Source of the DNA: Octopus bimaculoides
Lineage: Eukaryota
DNA: 64,000 bases
Direction: 5' to 3'
Assembly (NCBI RefSeq): GCF_001194135.2
Contig: NC_068984.1
Coordinates: 103,877,415-103,941,414, forward strand
Shown here: piece by piece, positions 1 to 11,930 of the stretch
Layout: every line of letters begins with the position of its first letter
Position numbering within the stretch: position 1 is the stretch's first letter
The notes under the pieces: model-generated
What the model saw: only the letters and a program-made list of their open reading frames with translations
What the model was told of the DNA's origin: nothing
The model's database searches: none
Program-made: the position numbers and the translations under genes

Positions 1-131
1 CACTGCTGCTTAAGTCTCTCTGTGAGATTTAGAAATCATTTCTAATTTTTGTAATCAGTGAATGTGTTTCACTAGAAATATATATGTTTACGAGAGCTTG
101 ACAGGCATCTTCAACCAGCTAGTCATGCTAC

Positions 132-174
132 TTCAGGCTGATGACGAGCAAAAACTCAGAAACATGTCCCTGAA
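132..174 (+). ncRNA. Minimal type I hammerhead ribozyme motif (Penelope-type)
   Basis: TTCAGG-CTGATGA-c-GAG(caaaaa)CTC-a-GAAAC-at-GTC-CCTGAA. Perfect 6-bp stem I (132-137/169-174), canonical core, GUC cleavage triplet, palindromic ACATGT mini stem III. C.A mismatch at the base of stem II. Confidence 0.75.
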
Positions 175-833
175 TGCAGGCTAAGCTGGGTGGAGGTACT
201 TGTCTCCCCCTCATAAACATAAGGACACGGGAAATGTGTCAAGGCCGACAGGAAGCGGTCGAGCTTCCTAGGGCTAAATAGCAGTAGTATGATTCCCTTA
301 TTGGGACTGTCACATTAAGTTGATAGTATACAACTACTTTAATAATTTTATTAATTACTATTTAATCTATTAGGCCTAATTGAAGCAGTTGTGAGGGACC
401 ATATTTGATTTTTGCAGATAATAAATTTCTATTAAATGGAATATCTCCATTTTCTTACTTTCTTTTGAATGATTATAAACCATGATTTATACATAAGCCT
501 ACTGTTTTATGAATAAATTTTGGTACCATTCCTGTACACACACTGCTGCCATCATGGTAGTTGTTGTTGCGATTGTTGTTACTGCTGTTGCTGTTGTCGT
601 TGATCGTGTTGCTGATACTTTTGCTGCCATCTGTGAAGTTATTGTATGTGTGTTTGTGTGTGGATATGGGCTCGCTTCCTATGTAGTTTGTATTCATGCT
701 CTTTATACAGTTTTTTTTTATCTATCTCAATTTCTGATATTTATCATAGGCATGTTCATATTTGTCCATTGTGTGTGTATTTGCATATTACACTGTTTGT
801 ATCTGTGTTTTTTCTTCTTTCTTTTTTTAGTCG

Positions 834-1530
834 TCATGTGGTGTGGTGGTGGGTATTATTGTTCCATTCGTGTTTTCTGTTGAGGCTCGGTCTGTCTATT
901 GCTATGTGTGTAGCCTCTGTGATCTGTCTAAGTGTTGTGTCAGTTCTATGCATCGATAATACCTTAACCTCTATGCTATTAATCGAGCCTCTATATCCTG
1001 CTTGAGCATGTTGGTAAAACACTGATGAGCCTCTCTCTTCTTTGAGCTCTTACCAGTATTCACCTATACACTCCCCTATGCTGCGTGCAGTCTCTCCAAT
1101 GTAAGTAGTTGTCATGTTTCTGCACTGTCCCTCAGTACATGAAAGCTATACACTATATTCCTAACCTTACAGTTACTGTGGGTTTATCCTACATACAATA
1201 CAATTGTCCTCCATACATGGAGACCTATCGAAGGGATAAGTTCTACAGATCAGGAATTTTATAGGAGCATCAGGCCTTTCTACTACTTTAATCCATATAT
1301 TGGCCTTATTTAATGTTTTTCTAAAAAAGTAAGCTAGTTCACTGCCAGGGGTAGCATCAATGAACATGACACTCTGGTATTTTTTGTTGTCATACCATTA
1401 GTTGGCCTTATCTATCTTTTTTCTGGTCCTTTCTGTGCTATTCCAGGATTTAACTTTCTCCTTTCTGTTGGTATGTAGGATTTAAAACAAACAGTCATTA
1501 TCCCTATTGTTATCCCTACAAAAAATGCTT
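834..1530 (-). mobile_element. Penelope-like retroelement family A, degraded RT-linker plus GIY-YIG endonuclease
   Basis: Joined frames read WYDNKKYQSVMFIDATPGSELAYFFRKTLNKANIWIKVVERP..CMEDNCIVCRIN..NIVYS..YIGETARSIGE..VFYQHAQ..LRQITEATHIAIDRPSLNRKHEW, with stops and frameshifts. Confidence 0.8.
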
Positions 1531-2611
1531 TCAGTTTCTTAAAAATGGTACTCTGGGTTTTTAAAGAAGCAGCAATTTTCTGATTGAACTGCTATGAATC
1601 AGCCTACAATTGGTATCTGGAAATTTTTAAACAAACAACCATTTTTCTAATGAAACAGATTTTTATCTCTGTTCCAACAGCACAAGAGGCACAGTAATAG
1701 CAGTATGAAAGCAAGCCATAAATATATTTTTACAAAATATTAATATCATTGTTCATTTCACCTGTCTGCAAGCACATTTGTTTGAAAGCCCTTGCTATGT
1801 TAGATTTCTATAGATTCACTTGTGCTGTGCATACTCATGCTCACAGACATTGACCTCACTTGCAGCTGGCACACACACTATGCAGATTTCTATTTTGCAC
1901 TTTGTAATTTCACTTTGAACCTTTTGCATCTTGAGTATGCATATATGGTATTTTTCTGTTGCTCTCTTGCCTGACTTGTCATTTTTATCATTGAGTTCTG
2001 TTAGTACTTTTGCATTACAGTTCAATTTTCACTACCTTTGCTTTATATTGATTCTCACTGATGGCTGTTTTCCCAACAATCTTTGAGGAGTGGGTTAATG
2101 CAGCAACCTTCTGCAGATGGCAGATTAGCTTCACCGCCTTGTCACATGTGTTACCTGTCAGAAACTAGTAGTCTTTGACCCATACTCACCAATACATTAG
2201 TCTTAACATTGTCAGGTGTATTATTTTAGGCAATCAGTGAGTAGTAGCCTGTGAGTCATTTTGGGGAGCTATTTAAACAGACCATGTGATTGACTTTTTG
2301 ATAAATTCACCTGACACCAAACACGCCAGAGATTTGTACAACTTGCCAGCTGTTATTGATAAATCTTCCAATATCCACTATAGCTGATCAAACATTTTCT
2401 TTAAGCATTTGGTTGTTGTAAACAAAATCTATTGATTTATGCTGAACTCTGTTCTATCACAAATTTGTATTCACAAACTATGTGCATCAAACAAAATGCT
2501 TAGCAGCAGTAAAAATATAAAGCGATAAATAAATTTAGAACATAAATGATGTTAAATGGTCCCTTTTTATAATTCTTGAAAACACATCAAATTTTGAAGA
2601 TAACTGCTTAA

Positions 2612-2832
2612 CCCTTTAGCAGTCAGATTTCTCTGTCAAATATAACGCTTATTTATTTACATTGATTTGAATTAGTCATGCATTACCTTGTAGCTTTCAC
2701 ATTTCAACAACATGATTGATCATTTCTAGGATAATATTGTAGGATAAGTGTAAGAGGCTGGATCTGGCCAGTTTGAAGATGAAAACAGGCAGATTATTTT
2801 GGCCAGATATGGCTAGTTTAAATGCTAAAGGG
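2612..2832. mobile_element. piggyBac-type MITE
   Basis: TTAA|CCCTTTAGCA ... TGCTAAAGGG|TTAA: terminal inverted repeats with TTAA on both sides. Confidence 0.8.
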
Positions 2833-3289
2833 TTAAGCTCTTCAAATGTGATCAAGTACATCAAATCTACATGTTTACATCGCTGGTACTATGGTATTCA
2901 GTGTCCTGCGTCAGTCATACAGTGTGCACTCCTCTCAGTTATGAATGTTTATTGAATACAAGCAGGAGCAGTAGCTTTATAATACACAGTCTACACTATA
3001 TTATATTCAATAGGTTAGATTGTGATGATTCAGCTTTCTACTAAAATATTATGAAAACAATTACAGGAATTATTGTTGACAGATATGGAAACTAAGATTA
3101 AGTTTTAAAAGAAATGTGTAAGATTTGTTTTTCCTTTTTTCACATCCTTTAGAAATAACACATACATGTATACACACACACACACACAGATATATATGTG
3201 CATATATGTGTGTGTGAGTGTGTGGTTGTGTATGAATGTATGTATGAATATACATATGCCCCTTTCATAATTCCTTGTCTTGCAAGTTA

Positions 3290-3610
3290 CTTGGTGACTC
3301 TGCCAGTGCTGGTGCCATGTAAAAGCAAGCATTTAGTCCACACTGTAAAGTGGTTGGCATTTAGAAGGGATTCCAGCTGTAAAAATCATGCTAAAACTAA
3401 CTTTGCCTATGCTAATGCCACATAAAAAGCACTTTGTCCACTCTGCAGAGTAGTTGGTATTAGGAAGGACATCCAGCTGTAAAGACCCTGCCAAAACAGA
3501 CTCAGTAACCTGGGGTAGTTTTCTACCTGGCTGGCTCCTGTCAACCATCCTACCCATGCATGCACGGAAGACTGATATTAAATTATGATGGTTATGATGA
3601 TGATGATATA
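3290..3610 (-). mobile_element. RTE-tail-type short retroposon, (CAT)n-ended
   Basis: Similar to the copies at ~30000 and ~53000 (aagggcatccagctgta..catgcatgcacgga..tgatgatga). Confidence 0.55.
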
Positions 3611-3669
3611 TACATACATAAATAAATATAAATAAGTTCAAAAAGAACAATTCAAACTTTTTGAGAGAT

Positions 3670-4235
3670 CCAAAAAGAGAAAAAAATAATTTCTAATAAA
3701 GATTCAGCATATTCATAAAAAACAGCCAGAGCAGGTAGTAAGAATATGAAAATAATAGTTAAAAAATTTCGTTATAGATATAAATATACCATAAACAAGT
3801 ATAAAAAATGGAGGAAAAAACGATGTTGAATCAAAATTACATTTAATACAAAATTGGATTCAATACATATGCATGTTTCAAAAGACAACACAAATATGTA
3901 AGAAAAAATTATAATCATAGTAATTATAATTAAATTTATGCATTGTCATTCTCATCAGTGTGAGGATTTTTTGGAAGAACACCATAAAAAAGGTTTAATA
4001 AAATAAAAATAAAATAAGATACAATAAGGGAGAATAGAGATGGGGTAATAGGGAAAAATCGGATATTTACAAACAAATTGTAAAAGGGAAAAATAATAAT
4101 AATAATAGTGAGGGAGACGAAAAAGAAAAAGGAAAACATATCAATGTGTATACAAGTCTATATGTGCAGTAAACTATAATATAAAAATAAAAATCTAATG
4201 GATATGTTTAAAGAAATAGTAACAAGTCGAGACAA
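3670..4235 (-). repeat. Inverted copy of the pseudo-LTR of Penelope-like family B
   Basis: The reverse complement of 3756-4235 aligns by eye with 6607-7086; ORF-track peptides 3936..4139(-) and 6703..6903(+) are near identical. Contains a degenerate hammerhead (tcatcag at 3952-3958). Confidence 0.85.
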
Positions 4236-4254
4236 AGCCATAGACTTACCATCA

Positions 4255-5745
4255 CCTTTGATCAGAATTACATTTCTGTGAACTTCTTGGATGCAAATTT
4301 AAACCTCACTACTTCCTCTTACCAACCATACCATAAACCTAATAGCTATATTACTTATATACATGCGCAGAGCAATCATCCTTCTAATATTCTTGATAAC
4401 ATACCTTATAACATTGAAAATAGAATTAACTCATTATCCTCAAATGAAGAAATTTTTAATAAGCATAAAGACTATTACAATCTGGCTCTTAGGAATGCTG
4501 GTTATAAATATCAAATTAAGTGCAACAAAATTAACAATGAGTTTTCCAGTCATGCCAACAGTTATATGGATAAGAATTTCAATAAACACACCACAAATTT
4601 CAAACACCATCATGAATTGGAACACTCTGGCACACAACTTAATTCTATGAAATATAGTTGTAAAGATAACTCCACCATAAAATGGAAAAATTTTTTTAGC
4701 AACTATGAAGACTATTACTAACCAGATTTTTACCAATATTTCTAATAATATAAACAATTGTAATGTTACAGACAGTCATTACGAGAAAAACATTAACATA
4801 GCTGGAAATAGTAACATGAAACAAAGTCTTTTCACAAAAAGATCTTCTCTTATTTCTTCACATACTCTTAATTCCCCACACAACTGCATAACCAATTTTA
4901 ATGATTTTCAATATTTATTATTAATAATAATAATAACAACAATAATGTTAATGATAGTGTTAATACAAGAGGTAAAAAGAAACTTATAACACTTATTTGA
5001 ATGGGTGACCCATCTTATTGGTCATACCAATAAGAAACACAATAATAACATAATTTGGATTATATTTCCTTTTGCTAAACATTTGAAGTTTAATTTTATA
5101 AAGTCTATTCATTCTATTGTTAAATCAAATTTTAGTAAATCTAGATATGCTGTGATATTCAATAACAGAATAATTAGATTTGGCTTTTCTGCTTCTCCTA
5201 ACTTATTTAGGATTATTTCTTCCTTTAACAATAGAAAACTAAATTTTTACTACAAGAATTTAACCTCCTCTTCTATTAATACTAACCCCAATTATTCAAA
5301 TAGCTCTGTATCTTCTACCAACGATTCCCATATTCACACAAACTCTACCTCTATCAACACAGATACACATAACAATAGTACGTCTAATATTAGTAACAAT
5401 TGTAATTGTAGAAACCCTAACACCTGTGAGGTTAAAGGTAATTGTAAAATGAAAAATGTTGTATATAAAGCTACTATTACAACACATGATCTCTCTAGGT
5501 TTCATTATATAGGTTGCACGCAGACCCCTCTTAAATTAAGTTTGAATAATCATAAATCTCAATTTCTTGGAATATTGTTTCTTCTGCTCCTTCTTATTGG
5601 ATTAGAAATAGAACTTGTCTTTTATGCCTAGAAGAGTCTTATACAATTATGAAAATGAATGGTTCTATCTTAAATTCGAGAGATGAAAGAGATTTTCTTG
5701 TAAACATATGTCCAAATTTCTTTTCATTGACCTTTAATAGTCTTA
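4255..5745 (+). mobile_element. Penelope-like retroelement family B, 5'-truncated RT thumb plus GIY-YIG endonuclease (frameshifted)
   Basis: VNFLDANLNLTTSSYQPYHKPN..SNHPSNIL..SLSSNEEIFNKH; NIIWIIFPF; CNCRNPNTCEVKGNCKMKNVVYKA..YIGCTQTPLKLSLNNHKSQF..CLEESYTIMK..LNSRDE. Confidence 0.9.
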
Positions 5746-5789
5746 TTGATTACCTCTTTTTCATTTTTTATCAGTTCTTATTATACTCT

Positions 5790-6005
5790 TAGATATATGT
5801 GTATGTATGTCTTCTCCGTGTGTGCATGAATGTATTTTATGTTTATGTCTATATGTGTATATACTTGTATATGTATGTGTGTATGTATGTATACTTGTTT
5901 GTCTGTATGTGCATATTTTTGTGTATGGATACATTAACACACACATGCATATACATATGTATATCTGTGTATATATATATGTGTGTGTGTGTGTATGTGT
6001 ATGTA

Positions 6006-6054
<49 letters not shown>

Positions 6055-6200
6055 GTCTTATGTGAATACATACACCTTTATTATTTTAGTTTACTTGTTT
6101 GTATCTTCCCTTACACTTGCACCCGTGTATGTGTATATGTGAGTGTATGCATGCGTCTGTGTGTGTATGTGTATGTATGTATGACTATATATCCTTATGT
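5790..6200. repeat. Compound (TA)n/(TG)n/(TGTA)n microsatellite
   Basis: Directly visible dinucleotide runs. Representative of many such tracts (30350-30760, 34630-34948, 39460-39860 etc.). Confidence 0.95.
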
Positions 6201-6239
6201 GTTAAGTGTATATGTTTTTTTCTATCACTTGTAAATTTA

Positions 6240-7086
6240 TAATAATTGTCTCCTTCATATATTCGTTTTTGTTCCTATTCTTTTTTTATGCCTCCCCTAC
6301 CCCGGGCTAGTTTTTGAGTAAGAGAACTCTTTTGAATACACCAGCCGGTCCTGTCTGTGATTGTTGCTTTTCTTTGCTAAGTTGTTTTTTGGGTTTTTTT
6401 CACTGTTTGTATGTACATTTTTACTTAAATATTGTACCTTTTTCAAACATAGTCTTGCCTATCAGCTTTAAGCCTCTTGTAATATATATATTTTTTCGTT
6501 TTTCAATATTAGCATGTATACATATGGCTCTATGGCTTTTTTCTGCTAGTGAAGATGTTGCGTTATATTCTACTATACACACATGGCCTTGTTTACGTTA
6601 TACTTCATCTCGACCTGTTACTATTTCTTTAAAAACATATTCGCCAGATTTTAATTTTTATGTTATAGTTTACTGCACATGTAGACTTGCATACACACTG
6701 ATATGTTTTTCTTTTTCGTCTCCCTCACTATTATTATTATTATTATTATTTTTCCCTTTTACAATTTGTTTGTAAATATCCGATTTTTCCCTATTACCCC
6801 ATCTCTATTCTCCCTTATTGTATCTTATTTTATTTTTATTTTATTAAACATTTTTGGTGTTCTTCCAAAAATTCCTCGCACTGATGAGAATGACAATGCA
6901 TAAATTTAATTATAATTACTATGATTATAATTTTTTTCTTACATATTTGTATTGTCTTTTGAAACATGTGTATGTATTGAATCCAATTTTGTATTAAATC
7001 TAATTTTGATTCAACATCTCTTTTTCCTCCATTTTTTTAATACTTGTTTATGGTATATTTATACTTATAACAACATTTTTCAACTA
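6240..7086 (+). repeat. 3' pseudo-LTR of Penelope-like family B
   Basis: Downstream of the PLE ORF. Homologous to 39870-40740 (same strand) and 3670-4235 (inverted). Confidence 0.8.
6877..6976 (+). ncRNA. Type I hammerhead ribozyme motif with extended AU-rich stem II
   Basis: gca-CTGATGA(6881-6887)-GAATGACAATGCA...TGTATTGTCTTTT-GAAAC(6961-6965)-atgt-GTA(6970-6972)-tgt. Core intact; stem I short (3 bp including a G.U pair). Confidence 0.65.
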
Positions 7087-8842
7087 CATACATACATACA
7101 TATATATATATACACACACACACATACACACGTGTGTTTAGCCCCAAAAGGCTCTGAAATGGTCATTCTCAAGGCAAATGAATTTGATTTTCAAATTCTG
7201 CATCCCAAAGAGAAGGATGTCCGTAAATAATAATAATAAAAACATATATTTGCTACAAGTAATAACTGAACTCTTAGACCGATAACTTTCTTACTCTCTA
7301 TCTATCACCATAAATCTATCTCTCTATATATATTTACCACACTCTTTATCACTGTCTCACCTTATATGTAATATCTCTCATGCATTGCTTTCATTTTGTT
7401 TAAAACTCTTTCTTCTAATGTTTACTTTCATTTTATGATTAACAGCTATTATGCACAAATCTTGTTTTCTGATTGGGTAAAAATGATTAGCCATGGTGGA
7501 ATTTGAACTCTGAATGTAAAGATGAATGAAATGCTGTTAAGCATTTTACCCAGTGTGCTAACAATTCTGTCAGTGCATTGCCTTAGCAGGAACAAATGTT
7601 GTAAAGCATTTTGCTTGGCATCCTAACAACTCTACAAATAATAATGAAGAAGCTTGTTAAATGTCTAAATTGCATTTTTCCATTGATTAATTCAAAATAA
7701 GGCTTAAAATCATAATTTTAATTATAATATCATAACCCACAGACTTCACTTTCATCAAAATTTTACTTTTTGTTCTTTTGAGTTGTTTGGAGTCAAATCT
7801 CTTGGCTCTTTTTATATTCTATTGAGTAGAAAGCCAAGAACACATGAAGTAATGAATAAATGTAGGACATCTACTCTGTTTATCACTAAATTTTTGTATT
7901 TTTAACTGGATTAAAATTTTTGTCTACATTGTTTACAATTTGTGTGACACCTTCAGATTTTTAGTGCCGTAGGCAATTGTCTGGTTTGTCTAAAGCGTGG
8001 CTCCTGTTCAGTATGTACAAATATGTAGTTTAGATCAGTGATTCTTAAACAAACAACTATTCCACCCACCACAAAGAGAAACATCGGTTTCACTTATTCT
8101 AAGTGTAACTATTTACTATTCAAAGGCTGGTCTTAAACCCTTCAGCAATCGTTTTCTTTTTTTTTTGCCTGTTTGTAACAATATTTCTGTAGAAACAAAG
8201 ATTTTTCAGATCTTAACAGCTGTGGAATAGATTCCTGTATTGTCCAGACAAATAACTGGAATTTAGGTATCAGGAAGATTATTGGAAATGCTTTCTGAGG
8301 TATTGTCTTGTTTAAAAAGCAAAACTATTATACATTGATGTTATATCTCCAATCAGCCATGGCACAAGCCAAATTATCTTGGTGTATCAGACAGATCCCT
8401 CACTCCATATAACTTCAGATATTCCATGTTTTTGAGGATTGTACAAATCTGGAATTAATCTATGGTTTTTTTAGCTTGAGAAAACCTGTAATCAAAGTTG
8501 GGCTAGTTATGATCCTCTACATATCCCAATGCATATCAAATTTAAATCTTTTTAAAGGGAGTAAGGTGTAATTTAAATGAGATTTGCCTGCATAGTTTTT
8601 AAAATTTATTTTCTAATTGTAAATCACCTTATATAGTTTACCATATATGTTGTAGAATCTTCTATTGTTCATCAAACAGGAATAACTACCTATTCCATTT
8701 CTTCTTAGATATAATGTTATAGAATTACTTTCTGCAATAGATATATATTTTGGGGGCAGGGATTTCTTCATGTTCAGCTAATCCTATATGTATGTATGTA
8801 TGTGTGCATGCATGCTTGTGTGCGTGCATGTACATTTGTTTG

Positions 8843-8999
8843 CAGGGACGGACTGAGAGTATTAAGGGCCCTCAGGCATAACTGTTCACCAGGCCCCTTA
8901 GCATTGATATGAAAGAGAGTTAACATGTAGAGTGTGGCCCCCTCAGAGCTCCGGGCCCTCGGGCAGTGCCCGATTGACTGATGGCTCAGTCTACCCCTG
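8843..8999. mobile_element. hAT-type MITE
   Basis: Imperfect TIRs CAGGGACGGACTGAG / CTCAGTCTACCCCTG; flanks tttgtttg and tttgtatg (7/8 match, 8-bp TSD). Confidence 0.7.
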
Positions 9000-9454
9000 T
9001 TTGTATGTATGAAGGGATTGATACTTGCATGTATGTGTGTGTGTGTATGATTGTATGCATACATTCATGTGTGTGTGTGTGTGTGTGTGTGCATGTATAT
9101 ACATACATTCGTGTAAGCATGTACATGTATACATTCGTTTATGTGTGTGAACAAGTATGTGAGAATGGCTGAATAATTACTTATCTTTGATAAGTATTTT
9201 ACCATAACTTCAGGTTGACCCGAGTGTTGAGAATGAATTCAGGTGGATGGATCTGTATAAAGTCCGTCAGATGGGTTGTGCCTGAATTCAAAGGTACAGT
9301 CTTGTCTCACACACACACTGTCATACTAGTTCTCCTTGAGAATTATATTAAAAGTATATATGTCAGTGGAATACTCAGCCACTTACATGTTAATTCAATG
9401 TGCAGATAGTTTAGCAGATTGAAGAATGGAAAATTCATCACCAAAGCATATATA

Positions 9455-9850
9455 GGCACAGGTGTGGTTGTGTGGTAAGAAACTTGCTTCCCAACCATAT
9501 GGTTCCAAGTTCAGTTCCACTGCAGGCACCTTGGGCAAGTGTTTCTACTATAGCCCTGAGCTGAACAAAGCCTTGTGAGTGGATTTGGTAATGGTAGCTG
9601 AAAGAAGCCCATCATATGTATGTGTGTGTGTTAATGGGTGTGCTTATGTGTATGCCTTTGTGTCTGTGTTTGTTCTCCACCACTGCTAGACAACCAGTGT
9701 TGGTGTCTTTACATCCCTGTAACTTAGCAGTTCGCAATAGAGACTGATAGAATAAGTACCAGGTTTAATAAAACATAAGTACTAAAAATTCTTCAAGGTG
9801 GTGCTCCAGCATGTCCGTAGTCTAATGACTGAAGCAAGTAAAAAATAATA
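9455..9850 (+). mobile_element. tRNA-derived SINE (family 1)
   Basis: A-box-like tggttgtgtgg, B-box-like gttcagttcc, body caccttgggcaagtg..agcagttcg..aataagtacc..gactgaa..agtaaaa shared with other copies in the window. Confidence 0.8.
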
Positions 9851-11169
9851 GATAAAAAGAAAACTGACAAAGGTCTATTTATGTGAGAGTGAGTATCCAT
9901 GTCAAGCAATTTGATTTATTTCCTAACTTTCATAATCTGCCATCTACTTACATCCTATTGTCATTGTTCCTTTGTTAGAATTTATTAATTCCAGTGTGTA
10001 TTTAATTATGTGGAAGTTCATACTTCAACCCTACTAAGCTTAAACACATTTAATCTTTCCTTAACTACAGATTCTCCCAAACAGAATGTAATCTAAAAAA
10101 ACACAAAAACTTCCCAAAACTTATTTTGCCAAGAGGAAAAATAATCCAATATTTTGGACAGGACCCTTTGTTAGAGAAGTAAGGGATGATAAGAGAGGAC
10201 TTTCCCTCCTCATAGTTTGTAGGTGCATAAAATTTTCCCTTGCCTATTATACCTGTTAGTTTTGACAAGGGTGCCAAAACTATCTCTGCCATAGGGCAAC
10301 AAGTTGTCAATTCTTGTCACTCAGAAATCTTTTTGAAAACCGAGTGTATTTCTACAGAGTTACATTTCATAAACAGTAATCTCTTACCATATCACGGTTT
10401 ATTATTTAAGCTTACATCGATTCTGTGTTGTTGTTTTGCATTTATAATAAAATAGATATATACAAATTATAAAGATAAGTATATGGTACAGTACTGTTTC
10501 TACTTTGTGGATTTTCACCTATCGCGGGGTGGTGGGAACGTAACACCTGCGATTGTCGAGGGATTATTGTACGAACATGTGTATGAAAACAATGCGATGG
10601 AAAATAGTTAATTGGAGTATATGCATATTTCAGGAATTATTGCTGCTTCTTCAGCACCACAGCCACACCATTATTTATCCACGAATACATTGGTTAAATA
10701 GCCACTAAGTTTAGCGATGTAACACTATTGGGTAGATCAATTTACATATCAAAAAAAGAGCTACATATGATTGCTATTACGATGTAGGAAACAGTAGTAA
10801 CTTATAAACCTTTAACATACTTGGTAGTATAATATGGATCCAAAACGAAATGCGATGTCCCTACCAGCAATAAATTCTTTTATTTTGTGCACGAAAAATA
10901 AAACATAAAAGACTGATTTTGAAAAACGCCAGTTAATATAAACCATGCTTTTTCTAATCTAGTAATTAATTACAAACAAATATTGTAAATTTATTTATAC
11001 ATCTTATTAACAACTAATATTGACTTTAAAATGTTAGATACTTCTATTTAACATTTTTTTAAGCTGATGCATAGAATAAAATAAAATAAGGCATTAAATA
11101 TTGAAAACGCCAGTTACTTAAAGTTGTGGAGAAGCTTTTGTTACTTGGCTTTAAATTACAATTCCCAAG

Positions 11170-11225
11170 ATTCCTTGCGCTGTGTGACCACTGCGCATGT
11201 CAATGAAAGTACGCCATGTTGGTTA
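11170..11225 (+). promoter_or_regulatory. Candidate promoter motifs (NRF1-like TGCGCATG, YY1-like CGCCATGTT)
   Basis: ctgcgcatgt and acgccatgtt in a locally CpG-enriched stretch; possible donor ac|gtaagt near 11578 downstream. Confidence 0.35.
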
Positions 11226-11588
11226 CCAAATTCAAACCTAATTCATTGCTTCATGAATCCCCGTTCGCTTCGTTTGTCGTGAATGGGTTATTTTATTTCA
11301 AAATGTTCATTTTACTACCAATACATTTTAATTCGATCAGTCGTTAGCTCGAGAGTTTCAAAACAGTGAAATAAGAGGGACTACAAAATTATTGAGGATC
11401 TATTGCTGTTCATCTTTTCCGAGATTTCCCACCGATCTTTCATAATACCGTTTTATTTTTGGCGGTGTTCAAAGAGGATCTAACAATTATGTCCACATAT
11501 TTATATCAGTTAGTTGCTGATTTTATAGTTTTTAAATTAATTGATTCCTTTGCAAAGTCAGCTATTCATGACGCTACGTAAGTTCTAT

Positions 11589-11930
11589 TTAAAGTATTTT
11601 TTTTTTGCTTTGTTTTGTGTTCATTTGGTCGTAAGCTTTCATGAATTCTGCTGAAGGTTTTAAATATTTTGAGCTGTCCTCTCTTTTGTCAGTTTGGCAT
11701 TCCGACAGATTAATTTCCTTAGGGTCGCCCCCTTCTTTTTCCCTATTGTTAGAATGTCTTCTATAAATACTGTTGTAGTAATAAGTGTTTAAGAACACGT
11801 GTTCTTTTGAAGTCATTCTTCCTAAGTTCTTGAAATTTAATAGCGATTCCAATATTTTATTGTCCCACTTCCTTGTGGTTCCTGGAAGCCTCTTAAATAA
11901 TTGTAAATATGTAAATTGTGTGCTTTTCAT
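11589..11930 (-). CDS. Orphan 113-aa ORF, unverified
   Basis: ATG-started, non-repetitive ORF (MKSTQFTYLQLFKRLPG...) with an ETS-like ACAGGAAGT about 45 nt upstream. No recognisable domain. Confidence 0.25.
   Translation of the reverse strand: MKSTQFTYLQLFKRLPGTTRKWDNKILESLLNFKNLGRMTSKEHVFLNTYYYNSIYRRHSNNREKEGGDPKEINLSECQTDKREDSSKYLKPSAEFMKAYDQMNTKQSKKKIL

Noticed and set aside
1806-2420. Protein-like ORF 1816..2025 (-)
   Set aside because: Surrounding frames are full of stops with weak RT-like words; probably an ancient LINE relic, not an exon.
5761-6234. Many long ORFs rich in Y/I/V/C/M (also 30168-30680, 34607-35709, 39459-39859)
   Set aside because: They are translations of (TA)n/(TG)n microsatellites, which lack stop codons.
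8160-10310. Possible - strand exons (8451 acceptor; ORF 10065..10310) downstream of the 113-aa ORF
   Set aside because: No convincing donor/acceptor chain or recognisable domain.
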